A stretch of 64,000 nt of DNA from Actinomycetota bacterium (GCA_947449035.1 CANFQC010000005.1:6765-70764), one strand, 5' to 3'. Shown: positions 10,521 through 20,506, counted from the first letter of the stretch. Program-made: numbers and translations. Notes: generated by a model not told the origin, from the letters alone.

Positions 10521-10736
10521 ATGTCTGTGACCGTGCGTGCCGAGATGGTGGCCTCTGTTCATTCCGTACTCGTCGAGGCCGGCCAGGCCGTCGAGGTCGG
10601 CGATACCTTGATGATTCTCGAATCCATGAAGATGGAGATTCCGGTGCTCTCCGAATCGGCCGGCACTGTGAGTGAGATCGCCGTCGCCCCCGGCGACGTC
10701 ATTCGCGAGGGCGATGTCCTCGCGATCGTCATCTGA
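10521..10736 (+). CDS. Small biotin/lipoyl carrier protein (TB7.3-like)
   Basis: ILESMKMEIPV biotinylation motif, 71 aa; same position as in the mycobacterial sigH-rshA locus. Confidence 0.92.
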   Translation: MSVTVRAEMVASVHSVLVEAGQAVEVGDTLMILESMKMEIPVLSESAGTVSEIAVAPGDVIREGDVLAIVI

Positions 10737-10803
10737 ACCATCTCCGAAGCCTCTGCTCGGAGTGTTCAGCGTCTCGTCAGCCCCTCGAAGGTAATCTCGT
10801 CAC

Positions 10804-12219
10804 GTGGCGATCCTCAATCGGCTGGCAGAAGAGCGGACCGACCTCTCCGCGCTGCAAATCGAACGTCTCCACCTGATCGTTGCCGAATGGTCGCTTCTGG
10901 CTGATCTCGCGGCAAGTGATCTCGTGCTCTGGCTTCCCACGTGGAATGAGGGCGGACTGATAGCGGTTGCTCAGGTCCGTGCGACGACCGCGCCCACGAA
11001 TATGCCCGATGACGTGGTGGGCACCTTCGTGGCTAAGGGTCGATCACCGCATCTGGATCAGGCTGCGGCCTTTGGTCGGATCACGGGTGTTGCGTACCCA
11101 GTGAATCTCGAGGGCGAAGTGATCGGCATCGTCGAACGCCATTCATCTCCCACGCGTCGAGTGACAGGTCAGCTCGAGGACATTTACCTGCAGACGGCCG
11201 ATGATCTCTTTTCGATGCTTGTCTCGGGCGACTTCCCGTCTTCTGAGATCGTGACGGGCGCATCGGGATCCCCACGTGTCGGTGATGGCCTGATTCGACT
11301 CGATGAACAGGGCGCGGTCATCTATGCAAGCCCCAATGCCGTGAGCGCGATGCGCCGCCTGGGCCTCGCTACTGAACTCATTGGCGCTGATCTCTGCGCG
11401 TTGCTGATCAAGCTCTCGCACAAGCACGGTCCAGTTGATGAGGCACTAGCGCAGGTCGCAAGCGGCCAGGTCGCCGGTCGGGCAGATGTCGACAACGGCA
11501 CTGCCACGGTTCTCGTCAGAGGGATTCCGATACTTGAGGGTGGGATTCGTCAAGGCGCGATTGTCCTCGTGCGAGATGCAACGGAGATTCGACGCCGCGA
11601 GCGCGCGTTGATGAGCAAGGACGCCACGATCCGCGAGATCCACCATCGGGTGAAGAACAACCTGCAGACCGTGGCTGCGCTCCTGCGGCTCCAGGGTCGT
11701 CGCGCCCAGAGCGAGGAAACTCGCGAGGCACTCGCCGAGGCTCAGTTGCGCGTCGCTTCCATTGCCGTCGTACATGAGAGCCTCTCGAAGGCCGGCAGTG
11801 AGGATGTGCCGTTCGAAGAGGTAGTCGATCGAGTGATCTCGCTCGTGCGCGATCTTGCTCCCGCGTATGCAGTAGCGGGCGTAACTGCGGTCATCGAGCG
11901 CGAGGGGGAGTGCTCGGCACTGGCGGAGGAACTTGTTACGCCGCTGGCGATGGCAGTTTCTGAGTTGCTGCAGAACGCAGTCGAACATGCCAAGGCGGCG
12001 CGCATTCGGGTCGTGATCAGTGAAGGCGCAGGCGGCATCACCATTGATGTCGTCGATGACGGTTCTGGCCTGCCCGAGGGCTTCACGATGGAATCGGCCG
12101 GGCTCGGACTGCAGATCGTGGAGTCACTCGTGCAGAACGAGGCTCGCGGAAACTTCCGACTCATGCCGAGCGACGGCCATGGCACAGCGGCCCGCATTGA
12201 GGTTCGGGCGGGAAAGTAA
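10804..12219 (+). CDS. pdtaS: Cytoplasmic sensor histidine kinase PdtaS
   Basis: H_kinase_N-like start (WSLLADLAASDL), PRVGDG, PAS region, EIHHRVKNNLQ (HisKA_2), ELLQNAVEH, DDGSG. Confidence 0.9.
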   Translation: MAILNRLAEERTDLSALQIERLHLIVAEWSLLADLAASDLVLWLPTWNEGGLIAVAQVRATTAPTNMPDDVVGTFVAKGRSPHLDQAAAFGRITGVAYPVNLEGEVIGIVERHSSPTRRVTGQLEDIYLQTADDLFSMLVSGDFPSSEIVTGASGSPRVGDGLIRLDEQGAVIYASPNAVSAMRRLGLATELIGADLCALLIKLSHKHGPVDEALAQVASGQVAGRADVDNGTATVLVRGIPILEGGIRQGAIVLVRDATEIRRRERALMSKDATIREIHHRVKNNLQTVAALLRLQGRRAQSEETREALAEAQLRVASIAVVHESLSKAGSEDVPFEEVVDRVISLVRDLAPAYAVAGVTAVIEREGECSALAEELVTPLAMAVSELLQNAVEHAKAARIRVVISEGAGGITIDVVDDGSGLPEGFTMESAGLGLQIVESLVQNEARGNFRLMPSDGHGTAARIEVRAGK

Positions 12220-12226
12220 GAAGTGG

Positions 12227-12481
12227 CTAGGCGTTGCTGCGAGCCCGCAGGCGGGCATTGCGGCGCTTGAGAGCGCGGCGCTCATCCTCGGAGAGACCGC
12301 CCCAGACACCGGCATCCTGACCGGACTCGAGGGCCCAGCGCAGGCATTCGTCGACCACGCTACAGCGACGGCAGACGACCTTGGCTTCTTCGATCTGCAC
12401 CAGCGCGGGGCCGGTATTGCCGATCGGGAAGAACAACTCCGGGTCTTCGTCACGGCAGGCACTCTCGTGGCGCCAGTCCAT
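12227..12481 (-). CDS. whiB1: WhiB1/WblE Fe-S transcriptional regulator
   Basis: MDWRHESACRDEDPELFFPIGNTGPA, four Cys, GVWGGLSEDERRAL. Confidence 0.96.
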   Translation of the reverse strand: MDWRHESACRDEDPELFFPIGNTGPALVQIEEAKVVCRRCSVVDECLRWALESGQDAGVWGGLSEDERRALKRRNARLRARSNA

Positions 12482-12522
12482 GCGGATCACTCCATTAGGC
12501 GAGGGCATCGGGGTCACCGACA

Positions 12523-12542
12523 CTCGTGATTGCTTTCACGAG
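12523..12542. promoter_or_regulatory. Palindromic operator upstream of whiB1 (CRP- or Rex-like)
   Basis: CTCGTGA-TTGCTT-TCACGAG, perfect 7-bp arms around a 6-nt spacer. Confidence 0.55.
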
Positions 12543-12687
12543 ACTGGCACATCAAAGGGGGCGACCCAGGGGTCTCCCGGTCGTCCCCGGAGGAAGAAAG
12601 CCAGCCCGATCCAGCAAAGGGCCCTCATAGGTTCGCAGATGTTGCTGCTGTGAACAAGGGGAATCACCGAAAATTGAATGCTTAACT

Positions 12688-12703
12688 TGTCAGGTTGGTC
12701 ACA
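12688..12703. promoter_or_regulatory. CRP-like site upstream of whiB1
   Basis: TGTCA-GGTTGG-TCACA, one mismatch to TGTGA-N6-TCACA; flanks extend the dyad (ACTTGT...ACAAGT). Confidence 0.55.
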
Positions 12704-12721
12704 AGTGCGGCATTTGTCCGT

Positions 12722-13651
12722 TTATTGAACAGCAACCACCCTGAGGGCAGCGGGCACCGAGCTGAACTCGGCCACGGTCACCTCAGGGGTTGACTCACCA
12801 TCGACCTGCATCGGCATCGGGCGGCTGCAGGCGATGGTGAAGGAGTCCAGATCGTGGCGCACCACGATCGAGTCCTTGGTCGAGCCGGCGGTCGAATGGG
12901 CAAGCATGCGGCGCGCTGCTCGCATGGTCGAGACAACCCGAAGCTTGCGCATCGCGAAGACATCGAGACCGGAGTCGAAGGAGGCCTGAGGGCACGGGTC
13001 AATGGGCCAGGACCCGAAATAGGTCCAAGGTGCGGTGTTCTGGACGATGGCCAAGAAGACGCCATCATCGGTTCCCGCCACCGAGTTCAAGGTGAGCGCT
13101 GGATTCTTGCGGTCAGTGCGCGCGAAGTACTGACGCAAGGTGGTCATCAGATAGCGCGTCGGTGAGGCGGTACGACCGGCGCTGCGCTGCGCCTCCATGT
13201 CAGAGATGATCTCGGCATCGAGGCCGACACCGGCATTACTGGTGAACCATCGGCCGTTGACCTGTCCGAGACCGATGGTGCGGGTGCGGTTCGACCTGAT
13301 CGCTTCCATGATCTCGCCGGTGGCTTCGACTGCATCGACCGGAATGCCGAGTGCGCGGGCGAAGACGTTGCCGCTGCCGCCGGGCACGGTAGCAAGGATC
13401 GGGACGTCTTCACCGATGCCCTCCTGGAGCATCCCGTTCACGACCTCGTTCACTACGCCGTCTCCACCGAGCGTGATGACGATGTCGAGGCCCTGCGCCC
13501 TGGCGGCCCGGCCAAGTTCGAATCCATGGCCTCGGTGGGTGGTCATCGTGACCTGAAGATCGAGTTCATTCGACAGTGCATTGACGATGACGTCAGTGAC
13601 TCGAGCAGAGGTGGTGGTCGCACGGGGATTGACGACTAGTAGCCCGCGCAT
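12722..13651 (-). CDS. Diacylglycerol kinase family lipid kinase
   Basis: VVNP, GGDGVVNEVVNG, PGGSGNVFAR and QVDGE motifs; start moved to MRGLL (13651). Confidence 0.92.
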   Translation of the reverse strand: MRGLLVVNPRATTTSARVTDVIVNALSNELDLQVTMTTHRGHGFELGRAARAQGLDIVITLGGDGVVNEVVNGMLQEGIGEDVPILATVPGGSGNVFARALGIPVDAVEATGEIMEAIRSNRTRTIGLGQVNGRWFTSNAGVGLDAEIISDMEAQRSAGRTASPTRYLMTTLRQYFARTDRKNPALTLNSVAGTDDGVFLAIVQNTAPWTYFGSWPIDPCPQASFDSGLDVFAMRKLRVVSTMRAARRMLAHSTAGSTKDSIVVRHDLDSFTIACSRPMPMQVDGESTPEVTVAEFSSVPAALRVVAVQ

Positions 13652-13695
13652 GCCTCCCACCATAACCAAGTCATCGCGACGTTTAGGCTGCTCCC

Positions 13696-14109
13696 ATGCC
13701 TCGTCCGACGCGCTCCTTTGCAGCAATTGCCGCCATCGCGGCCATCGAGGGGCTCGGACTCGTCATCTACGCGATCTTCGACATCATCGAGGCTGTGCGG
13801 GTCGGTATCACCGGCCCGGCAGATGTCTCGAATCCGGCTGCGCTGTTCCTGCTTATCGTCATCTATTCGGTGCTCGGTGCCGGGCTGCTGCTCGTGGCTC
13901 GCGCATGGTGGCTCATGCGCACCTGGCAGCGAGGGGCCTTCATTCTCGCTCAGGTGATTGCGCTGCTGGTCTTCTTCGATCTCACGCAGTCGAGTGAGAC
14001 CTTGCCGCGCTCGGTGGGCCTGCTCATCTTCTTGATGGCGATCGCCGGCATCGTGCTGGTCTTCACCCCCGGGGTGCTGCGGGTATTCCGCGAGGCCCAG
14101 CGGCGCTAG
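13696..14109 (+). CDS. Conserved 4-TM membrane protein
   Basis: Four hydrophobic helices; TAGGCT hexamer 6 nt before the ATG; position matches the mycobacterial gene beside the DAG kinase. Confidence 0.75.
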   Translation: MPRPTRSFAAIAAIAAIEGLGLVIYAIFDIIEAVRVGITGPADVSNPAALFLLIVIYSVLGAGLLLVARAWWLMRTWQRGAFILAQVIALLVFFDLTQSSETLPRSVGLLIFLMAIAGIVLVFTPGVLRVFREAQRR

Positions 14110-14900
14110 TCGGCTGTCAGGCCTTCGCGCAGTTCGCCAAGGGCTCGAGCGAGCAATCGCGATACATGCATCTGTGAGATGCCCACCTGCTCGGCGATCT
14201 CACTTTGGCTCATGTTCTTGAAGAAGCGCATCATGATGATCTGCCGTTCACGCTCGGGTAACTTCTCCAGTAATGGCCGTAGTGATTCGCGGTACTCGAC
14301 CTCTTCCATTCCCGGATCCTCGAATCCGAACGTGGAAGCGACACCACCGCGCTCATCATCACCATCGTCATCGAGTGATTTCGCGCTATAGGCAGCCTGA
14401 GCCTCCAAAACCTCGAGAACCTCTTCGGGTGCAATGCCCACCCGATCGGCAATCTCGCGGACAGTGGGGGATCGGTGCAGTTCACCGGTGAGATCCTCGG
14501 TCGCCGTATAGATCGGTCCGCGCAGTTCTTGAAGCCTGCGGGGCAGGCGAATCGTGGTTGTGCGATCGCGGAAATGGCGCTTGATCTCGCCCACGATGGT
14601 GGGAGTCGCAAACGTACTGAACTCCAGGCCACGTTCGATCTCAAAGCGATCGATAGCGCTGATCAAGCCAATGGTGCCTACCTGCACCAGGTCGTCGTAA
14701 TTCTCACCGCGATCGCGGTAACGCCGTGCGATGTGATGAACGAGCGGCAGGTGCATGGTGATGAGCTCATCGCGGGCAGCGCTGAAGTCGGCCGTGCCCC
14801 CCGATGACGAAGCCAGCAGTTCGAGCAACACACGCTCTCGCGCACGCTGCTCATCACCCCACCTCTCATCACCGGGTGGGCTGGTCTCGGCTGAGGTCAC
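14106..14900 (-). CDS. SigB/SigF/SigG family RNA polymerase sigma factor
   Basis: DDLVQVGTIGLISAIDRF, FSTFATPTIVGEIKRHFRD, GISQMHVSRLL. Confidence 0.95.
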   Translation of the reverse strand: MTSAETSPPGDERWGDEQRARERVLLELLASSSGGTADFSAARDELITMHLPLVHHIARRYRDRGENYDDLVQVGTIGLISAIDRFEIERGLEFSTFATPTIVGEIKRHFRDRTTTIRLPRRLQELRGPIYTATEDLTGELHRSPTVREIADRVGIAPEEVLEVLEAQAAYSAKSLDDDGDDERGGVASTFGFEDPGMEEVEYRESLRPLLEKLPERERQIIMMRFFKNMSQSEIAEQVGISQMHVSRLLARALGELREGLTAD

Positions 14901-15277
14901 GCGCTGACCGGCTCGTGACGCTTGACGTGCAGGGTGAGGCAGACCTCGTCGGCTTCGACGGATGCTGTGACGATGTCGACCAAAGCCGTGAGAACGGTCC
15001 AGCCGAAGGTATTGGTCGCCGGCACTGCCCCGCTAGCGGTTGTGCCGCGCACCTCGATGCGAAGTGAACCGTGTGCTTCGACGAACACGCAACGCAACTC
15101 GCTGCCGGGCACCGCATCGAGTACGAGTTGTGCTGCTGCCTCATCGACAGCGAGGCGAAGGTCTTCGAGCTGATCGATCGGCAGATCGGCGCGCACGGCC
15201 ATTGCGGCAGCCATGGTGCGGGCCAGCGAGACGTACTGAGTCTGGGCGGGGAAGCTCACGGTCACGGCGTTGGTCAT
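14897..15277 (-). CDS. RsbW-type anti-sigma factor
   Basis: LEDLRLAVDEA motif and FGWTVLTALVD; SD AAGGAG before MTNAV; overlaps the sigma gene start. Confidence 0.88.
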   Translation of the reverse strand: MTNAVTVSFPAQTQYVSLARTMAAAMAVRADLPIDQLEDLRLAVDEAAAQLVLDAVPGSELRCVFVEAHGSLRIEVRGTTASGAVPATNTFGWTVLTALVDIVTASVEADEVCLTLHVKRHEPVSA

Positions 15278-15309
15278 GTCACTCCTTCTCGGCCCCAAGT
15301 ATCCAGGCT

Positions 15310-15789
15310 TCAGCGCTCGAGACGGGCCAAGTTCACGAGTGCGTCGCCTTCGACTCGATAGGGCACCCACTCGGTCAAGCCCTCGGCGCCGAGTGCGGCA
15401 TAGAAATCGCGACTTGGGGTATTCCAGTCGAGCACGCTCCAGTCGAGGCGGCCGTACCCCTTCTCGACACATTCCTGTGCAAGGCGAATAAGCAGTGCCT
15501 TTCCGAAGCCACGGCCGCGGAAGGCAGGGCGCACATAGAGATCCTCAAGAAAGATGCCGTGGCGGCCGAGCCACGTCGAGTAGTTCAGGAAGTAGCACGC
15601 GTAGGCGACCACCTCGCCCTCATGCTCGACGACCAGAGCGTGCACGCGCGGATTCTCGCCGAAGAGGTCGCGAGTGAAGTCAGCCTCCGTGGCGATTGCC
15701 TGCTCAGGCAACTTCTCGTACTCAGCGAGCTCGAGGACCATCGCGATCAACTCAGGAACATCGCGGGGCTCTGCGGGGCGAAGGCTCAT
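15310..15789 (-). CDS. GNAT N-acetyltransferase (spermidine/spermine acetyltransferase-like)
   Basis: ELAEYEK, YSTWLGRHGIFLEDLYVRPAFRGRGFGKALL, WSVLDWN. Confidence 0.92.
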   Translation of the reverse strand: MSLRPAEPRDVPELIAMVLELAEYEKLPEQAIATEADFTRDLFGENPRVHALVVEHEGEVVAYACYFLNYSTWLGRHGIFLEDLYVRPAFRGRGFGKALLIRLAQECVEKGYGRLDWSVLDWNTPSRDFYAALGAEGLTEWVPYRVEGDALVNLARLER

Positions 15790-15857
15790 GCCCTAAGTAT
15801 TCGCTCTCCGAGATTCAGGTGCGCGAAGACCCACGTATGCGCACGGGAGGGAGCCTC

Positions 15858-16631
15858 GTGAGGAAGTATGTCCCCGTGACGAATCTGGACTGGCTGATCG
15901 CCATTGCACTCGCGGCAAGCCTGGCCGTGGCCCATCTGACAGCTTCAAAGGTCGCCGCGTGGCCGCAAAAGACGCAGGACTCCCTCGCCTCGGTGGGCGG
16001 TGGCGTGGCAATCGCCTACGTGTTCGTGCATCTCATGCCTGAGCTCGCCACCGGTGGCAAGGAGCTCTCGGATGCCAATGTCGTGCCATTCGCGCCGACA
16101 CCGGTGGCTGAGGCAACGCTTTTCCTTGTCGCTCTTATTGGTCTGGTGATCTATTTCGCCCTCGACGTCCGGTCGGATGAAGGTCGACTCTCGACGAAAC
16201 GGGCTTTCCGTATTCACCTGGTGTCGTTTGCCGTGATCAGCGGTCTCTACGCCTACACGATGCCGTCGCTCGTCTCCACCGGCTGGGATTACGCAGTGCT
16301 CCTGACATCAGTGGTCTTCGCTCACACTCTGCTCGCGGATCGAGCGTTGGCACGTGCTCATCCGCACCAGTTCAATTACGAGACTCGCTGGGTGGGTATC
16401 GTCGCCATCGTGCTGGGCCTCGCCGCCGCATACTTCTTGCCGCCCGCATCCGATGTCGCCCTCGCAATTGCCACGGCATTCCTCGGTGGCAGCCTCTTGA
16501 TGACTACCTTCCGCGAAGAATTGCCCGCGGCATCACGAGCACGGCTTCCGTGGTTCCTGCTCGGAACTGCGGTGATGACCGGCCTGCTGATCTTCGTCCT
16601 GGACATCAGCAGCCGCGGGCACGCCGCCTGA
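15858..16631 (+). CDS. Multi-pass membrane protein with ZIP-like metal transporter motifs
   Basis: About 8 TM segments; GGGVAIAYVFVHLMPEL resembles ZIP TM2; His in TM4/TM5; start 15858 or 15876. Confidence 0.65.
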   Translation: MRKYVPVTNLDWLIAIALAASLAVAHLTASKVAAWPQKTQDSLASVGGGVAIAYVFVHLMPELATGGKELSDANVVPFAPTPVAEATLFLVALIGLVIYFALDVRSDEGRLSTKRAFRIHLVSFAVISGLYAYTMPSLVSTGWDYAVLLTSVVFAHTLLADRALARAHPHQFNYETRWVGIVAIVLGLAAAYFLPPASDVALAIATAFLGGSLLMTTFREELPAASRARLPWFLLGTAVMTGLLIFVLDISSRGHAA

Positions 16632-16657
16632 TCCACACGTCGTTCAAGGGTTGAACA

Positions 16658-16696
16658 ATGATGAAGCCCCCGCCGATTCGGCGGGGGCTTCATCAT
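16658..16696. terminator. Bidirectional terminator hairpin between convergent genes
   Basis: Perfect 18-bp inverted repeat ATGATGAAGCCCCCGCCG-ATT-CGGCGGGGGCTTCATCAT. Confidence 0.85.
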
Positions 16697-16711
16697 GAAG
16701 TGCATGTCGAA

Positions 16712-17113
16712 CTACGCCTTCTTGGTCTCCCAGAAGATCGCGGCAATCTCGTCGATCTTGGCGAGCAGCGCATCGGCGACTACAACGTCGGTGGTCGACT
16801 TGGTGCCGCCGGCACCGGCGAGCTTGGTGGCCTCGTTGAAGAGGGCGTTCAGGTTCGGGTACTTCTCGAAGTGCGGGGCCTTGAAGTAGTCGGTCCAAAG
16901 GACCCAGAGGTGCTCCTTGACCATGCTCGAACGGTCTTCCTTGATCGCGATGGCGCGAGCCTTGAACTCTGCATCGGAGGAGTCGTTGAACTTGACCATG
17001 CATGCCTTGACGGACTCAGCCTCGATGCGGGCCTGAGCGGGGTCGTACACGCCGCAGGGGAGATCGCAGTGAGCGTAAGCAGTTGTGCGGGGAGTGAAGA
17101 TGCGGGACAGCAT
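16712..17113 (-). CDS. sodN: Nickel superoxide dismutase precursor
   Basis: Leader MLSRIFTPRTTAYA followed by the nickel hook HCDLPCGVYDP; HLWVLWTDYFK. Confidence 0.98.
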   Translation of the reverse strand: MLSRIFTPRTTAYAHCDLPCGVYDPAQARIEAESVKACMVKFNDSSDAEFKARAIAIKEDRSSMVKEHLWVLWTDYFKAPHFEKYPNLNALFNEATKLAGAGGTKSTTDVVVADALLAKIDEIAAIFWETKKA

Positions 17114-17207
17114 GTGAACCCTTTCGGTTGGCGGAACAGCCCCGGGAGGCCCCGTATGGCTATGAGGGGAGCCTACCCTCGGCGGCAAGAGGCGGCAGGA
17201 TGACCTC

Positions 17208-17516
17208 ATGGGGATTGGCTCACATCTGACCACGGTCCAGATCATCGGTCTGTCGATGGAGCCTGCCCTGAGGAATGGCGAGTGCTGGGTGGTGCGCCTT
17301 GGCGCCAAGGTGTCAGTCGGAGATGTCGTGCTGGCCGTTCACCCGCTGCGCCCAGACCTGCAGATCGTGAAGCGGGTCGTTCGGGCTGAGGGGGCGAGCT
17401 GGTGGGTTGAGGGGGATAACCCCGATTCCAGTGATGACAGCCGCAGTTTTGGACCGGTTGACGCCGTCCTCGGCACGCTGGTCTTTCGCTACTCACCCCT
17501 CTTTCGGAGGGCATGA
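17208..17516 (+). CDS. sodX: Ni-SOD maturation protease (S26 family)
   Basis: GLSMEPAL (Ser), IVKRV (Lys), GDNP..SDDSRSFG; divergent from sodN. Confidence 0.9.
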   Translation: MGIGSHLTTVQIIGLSMEPALRNGECWVVRLGAKVSVGDVVLAVHPLRPDLQIVKRVVRAEGASWWVEGDNPDSSDDSRSFGPVDAVLGTLVFRYSPLFRRA

Positions 17517-17672
17517 GGGTTTCCTCTGCTTTTCTCCCTAAGGCGCAGGGGAGGGGTGCCACGTTGCGGCCGCGTTAATTCACGTCACGAATGCGCAACT
17601 CTCCCTCCCCGGTTCGCCCGTTTTGTTAGCCTCCGTCCGTCGATTACTGCGCCCAGCGCCTGTGGAGGATGA

Positions 17673-18743
17673 GTGGCAACCGGACCAGCGTTGAGCATCG
17701 CCCGCGTGTCGAAGGCGTTCGCCACGCCTGAGGGCGGCGAGGTCAGGGCACTCGACGACGTCAGCCTGGACGTCACTGATGGTTCCTTTGTCGTACTCCT
17801 GGGGCCATCCGGCTGCGGCAAGACCACCTTGCTGCGCTGCATCGCCGGCCTGGAGACCCCTGACTCGGGTGAGATCCTGCTCCGTGGTGAGCGCATCGAT
17901 CACGTTCCCGTCTGGAAGCGTCGGGTCAACACCGTCTTCCAGTCCTACGCACTCTTTCCGCACATGACCGTCGCCCAGAACATTGCCTTCGGTCTCCAGA
18001 TGGACAAAGTGGGCAAGGCTGAGATTGAGCGCAAGGTAGGGGAGTCGCTCGAGATGGTGCGACTGTCTGGCCTGGGTTCCCGCAAACCCTCGCAGCTCTC
18101 TGGCGGCCAGCAGCAGCGTGTAGCCCTGGCTCGCGCTCTTGCGAAGGACCCCGAGGTACTTCTCCTCGACGAGCCGCTTTCGGCACTCGATCTCAAGCTG
18201 CGCCGCGGAATGCAGACCGAGCTCAAGCGACTGCAGCGCGAAACCTCGATCACCTTCGTGCTCGTCACGCATGATCAAGGCGAGGCGATGGCCATGGGTG
18301 ACCAGGTCGCAGTGTTCGACTCCGGTCGCATCGTTCAGGTCGGAAACCCGGAGGAGGTCTACCTTCGTCCACGCACGGCCTTCGTGGCCGACTTCATCGG
18401 CGAAGCGAACCTCGTTGCTGCCCAGCGTGATTCGTCATCACTGACGATCGAAGGACTAGGCGCGATCGATGCAGCGACACTGGCGAACCCGGAGGCAGTT
18501 GAGACCGGCGCTGTCACTGTCGCAATTCGGCCCGAGAACATCTCGCTGGCGGAGACCGCTGATGGCGCAGGGGTCGTGGCCGACGTGACCTTCGTCGGTG
18601 GCGATATTCATGTCGACGTCGAACTCGGCGCAAATCGACTCAACGTACGCATTCCGTCGCATGGTGCTCAGCCGCCGCGCGTCGGTGCTCGTGTTCATCC
18701 GACCTTTCTTCCCCAGTCGCTGCGAGTGCTGGCTGACTCGTGA
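17673..18743 (+). CDS. potA: Polyamine (PotA-like) ABC transporter ATP-binding protein
   Basis: [49 protein letters not shown]-terminal TOBE-like region. Confidence 0.88.
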   Translation: MATGPALSIARVSKAFATPEGGEVRALDDVSLDVTDGSFVVLLGPSGCGKTTLLRCIAGLETPDSGEILLRGERIDHVPVWKRRVNTVFQSYALFPHMTVAQNIAFGLQMDKVGKAEIERKVGESLEMVRLSGLGSRKPSQLSGGQQQRVALARALAKDPEVLLLDEPLSALDLKLRRGMQTELKRLQRETSITFVLVTHDQGEAMAMGDQVAVFDSGRIVQVGNPEEVYLRPRTAFVADFIGEANLVAAQRDSSSLTIEGLGAIDAATLANPEAVETGAVTVAIRPENISLAETADGAGVVADVTFVGGDIHVDVELGANRLNVRIPSHGAQPPRVGARVHPTFLPQSLRVLADS

Positions 18744-19687
18744 CAACTCAGGAGAAGACGCCGAAGAGCGTCGAGTCGCGCACGGCGGGACAGGGATCAT
18801 GGTGGGCCGGAATTCCCGGCATCGCCTACCTGATCGCGCTCGTGCTCGGCCCGATCGTCATCATCGTCATCTACTCCTTCCTGAGTCGAGCCAAGTTCGG
18901 CGTGGGCGTGAAGTGGGTATTCAGCGTTACGGCGTACCAGGATTTGTTCTTCGGAGAGTCACTCGCCGGCGGACGCACCTTCGACCCGACTTACCTCGAG
19001 ATCATCGGAAATTCTTTCTGGTACTCCTTGATCACCAGCGTTGCCTGCCTGGCACTCTCGATCCCGGTCGCGATCTGGATGGCTACTCGGCCTGAGCGAG
19101 TGCGCACTCTGCTGGTGTTCTTGGTGACCATCCCGTTCTGGACCAGTCTGCTCATTCGCACGTACTCGTTCATCATCATCTTGAACGACAACGGCCCCAT
19201 TAACTGGGCATTGAAGTCGCTGCACATCATCACTGAGCCGATCACGATGCTCTACACGCCGTTCGCCACTGTTCTGGGACTCGTCTACACCTTCCTGCCG
19301 TTCATGATCTTGCCCATCTACGCAAGTGCGGAACGATTCGACTTCCGTCTGGCCGAGGCGGCCTACGACCTCGGAGCAAATCGCTGGACGGTGCTCACCC
19401 GCATCGTCATGCCGTCAGTGCGACCGGGCATCGTCGCCGGCACCTTGCTCGTCTTCATCCCGGCGCTGGGATCCTTCCTCGCGCCTGAGCTCCTGGGCGG
19501 CGGCAAGACATCGATGATCGCCAACGTGATCGCTGCGCAGTTCGGCGCCTCGCGCAACTGGCCCTTCGGCGCAGCGCTTTCAGTCCTGCTTCTCGTGATC
19601 ACGCTTCTCGTGCTCGTCGTATTCGCGGTACTTGCCCGGCGTGCTTCGAAGGCCTCAGGTAATGCGAACTGGGAGTCACTCCTGTGA
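18740..19687 (+). CDS. potB: Polyamine ABC transporter permease (PotB-like)
   Basis: [28 protein letters not shown] (EAA loop), [10 protein letters not shown]. Confidence 0.88.
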   Translation: MTTQEKTPKSVESRTAGQGSWWAGIPGIAYLIALVLGPIVIIVIYSFLSRAKFGVGVKWVFSVTAYQDLFFGESLAGGRTFDPTYLEIIGNSFWYSLITSVACLALSIPVAIWMATRPERVRTLLVFLVTIPFWTSLLIRTYSFIIILNDNGPINWALKSLHIITEPITMLYTPFATVLGLVYTFLPFMILPIYASAERFDFRLAEAAYDLGANRWTVLTRIVMPSVRPGIVAGTLLVFIPALGSFLAPELLGGGKTSMIANVIAAQFGASRNWPFGAALSVLLLVITLLVLVVFAVLARRASKASGNANWESLL

Positions 19688-20502
19688 GCGCGCGGACCAA
19701 GCCGGTGCGAGTCAAGGGCACAGGGGAGTCGCTACGCGACTTCCCGACTTTCAAACTCGTGTCCTACCTGGTTCTCCTCTTCCTCTACCTGCCGCTCGTG
19801 CTGGTCGTGGCCTACTCGTTCAACAGCAACCGCGTCGTCACGGTCTGGAAGGGCTTCACCTTCTCGTGGTACACAAACGTGCTGGCGAACGACGATATTC
19901 AGCGAGCGCTCATGAATTCGCTACGCGTGGCGATCGTGGCCACTGTGGTGTCCGTCATCATTGCGACAGGTCTCGCCATCGGACTTCTCCGCATGCATCG
20001 TGCTGGGCGCACTTTCGCCTGGGGACTCATCGGCGCACCCCTCATCATTCCCGAGATCGTCTTCGCTATCGGTACGCTGGCGTTGTTCGTGCAGATCAGG
20101 ATTCCGCTCGGGGTCAACGCCATCACGCTCGCCCACATTGCGTTCTGCGTGCCGTTCGCTCTTCTCCCCATTCGTGCACGGCTCCGCGGAGTCGACTCAG
20201 CCGTCTACGAGGCAGCCGCTGACCTGGGTGCCAACGAATGGGTGATTTTCCGTCGCATCACCCTGCCGCTGCTGATGCCCGGCATCGTCGCCGGCGCGCT
20301 TCTCGCTTTCATCATCAGCCTTGACGATTTCATCGTCAGCTACTTCCTGGCAGGGCCTGGCGGAACAACGCTTCCAGTCTATATCTTCGGCATGATCCGC
20401 AACGCGATCACTCCGGGTGTCAACGCTCTGTCCAGCATGCTGCTCGCGGTCAGCATCCTCATCGTCATGATTTCCTACTTACTAACAAGGAAGAAGAGGT
20501 AA
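19684..20502 (+). CDS. potC: Polyamine ABC transporter permease (PotC-like)
   Basis: FLYLP..YSFN, PLIIPEIV, EAAADLGA, SLDDF, TLPVYIF. Confidence 0.88.
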   Translation: MSARTKPVRVKGTGESLRDFPTFKLVSYLVLLFLYLPLVLVVAYSFNSNRVVTVWKGFTFSWYTNVLANDDIQRALMNSLRVAIVATVVSVIIATGLAIGLLRMHRAGRTFAWGLIGAPLIIPEIVFAIGTLALFVQIRIPLGVNAITLAHIAFCVPFALLPIRARLRGVDSAVYEAAADLGANEWVIFRRITLPLLMPGIVAGALLAFIISLDDFIVSYFLAGPGGTTLPVYIFGMIRNAITPGVNALSSMLLAVSILIVMISYLLTRKKR

Positions 20503-20506
20503 CGGC

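Noticed and set aside
15295..15325. SigB/F-type autoregulatory promoter (GTCT-N15-GGATAC, minus strand) before the anti-sigma gene
   Set aside because: Both elements deviate from the GTTT/GGGTA consensus; too weak to call without TSS data.
17542..17653. Riboswitch upstream of the polyamine/urease operon (GGGGAGGG/CCCTCCCC and GTTGCG/CGCAAC pairings)
   Set aside because: No match to a riboswitch I recognise. A likely -10 (TAGCCT, 17627-17632) lies downstream of most of the pairing, so it is probably outside the leader; it may terminate sodX.
18781..18792. CACGGCGGGACA, resembling the 3' part of the guanidine-I riboswitch
   Set aside because: It lies inside the potB coding sequence and the rest of the motif is missing.
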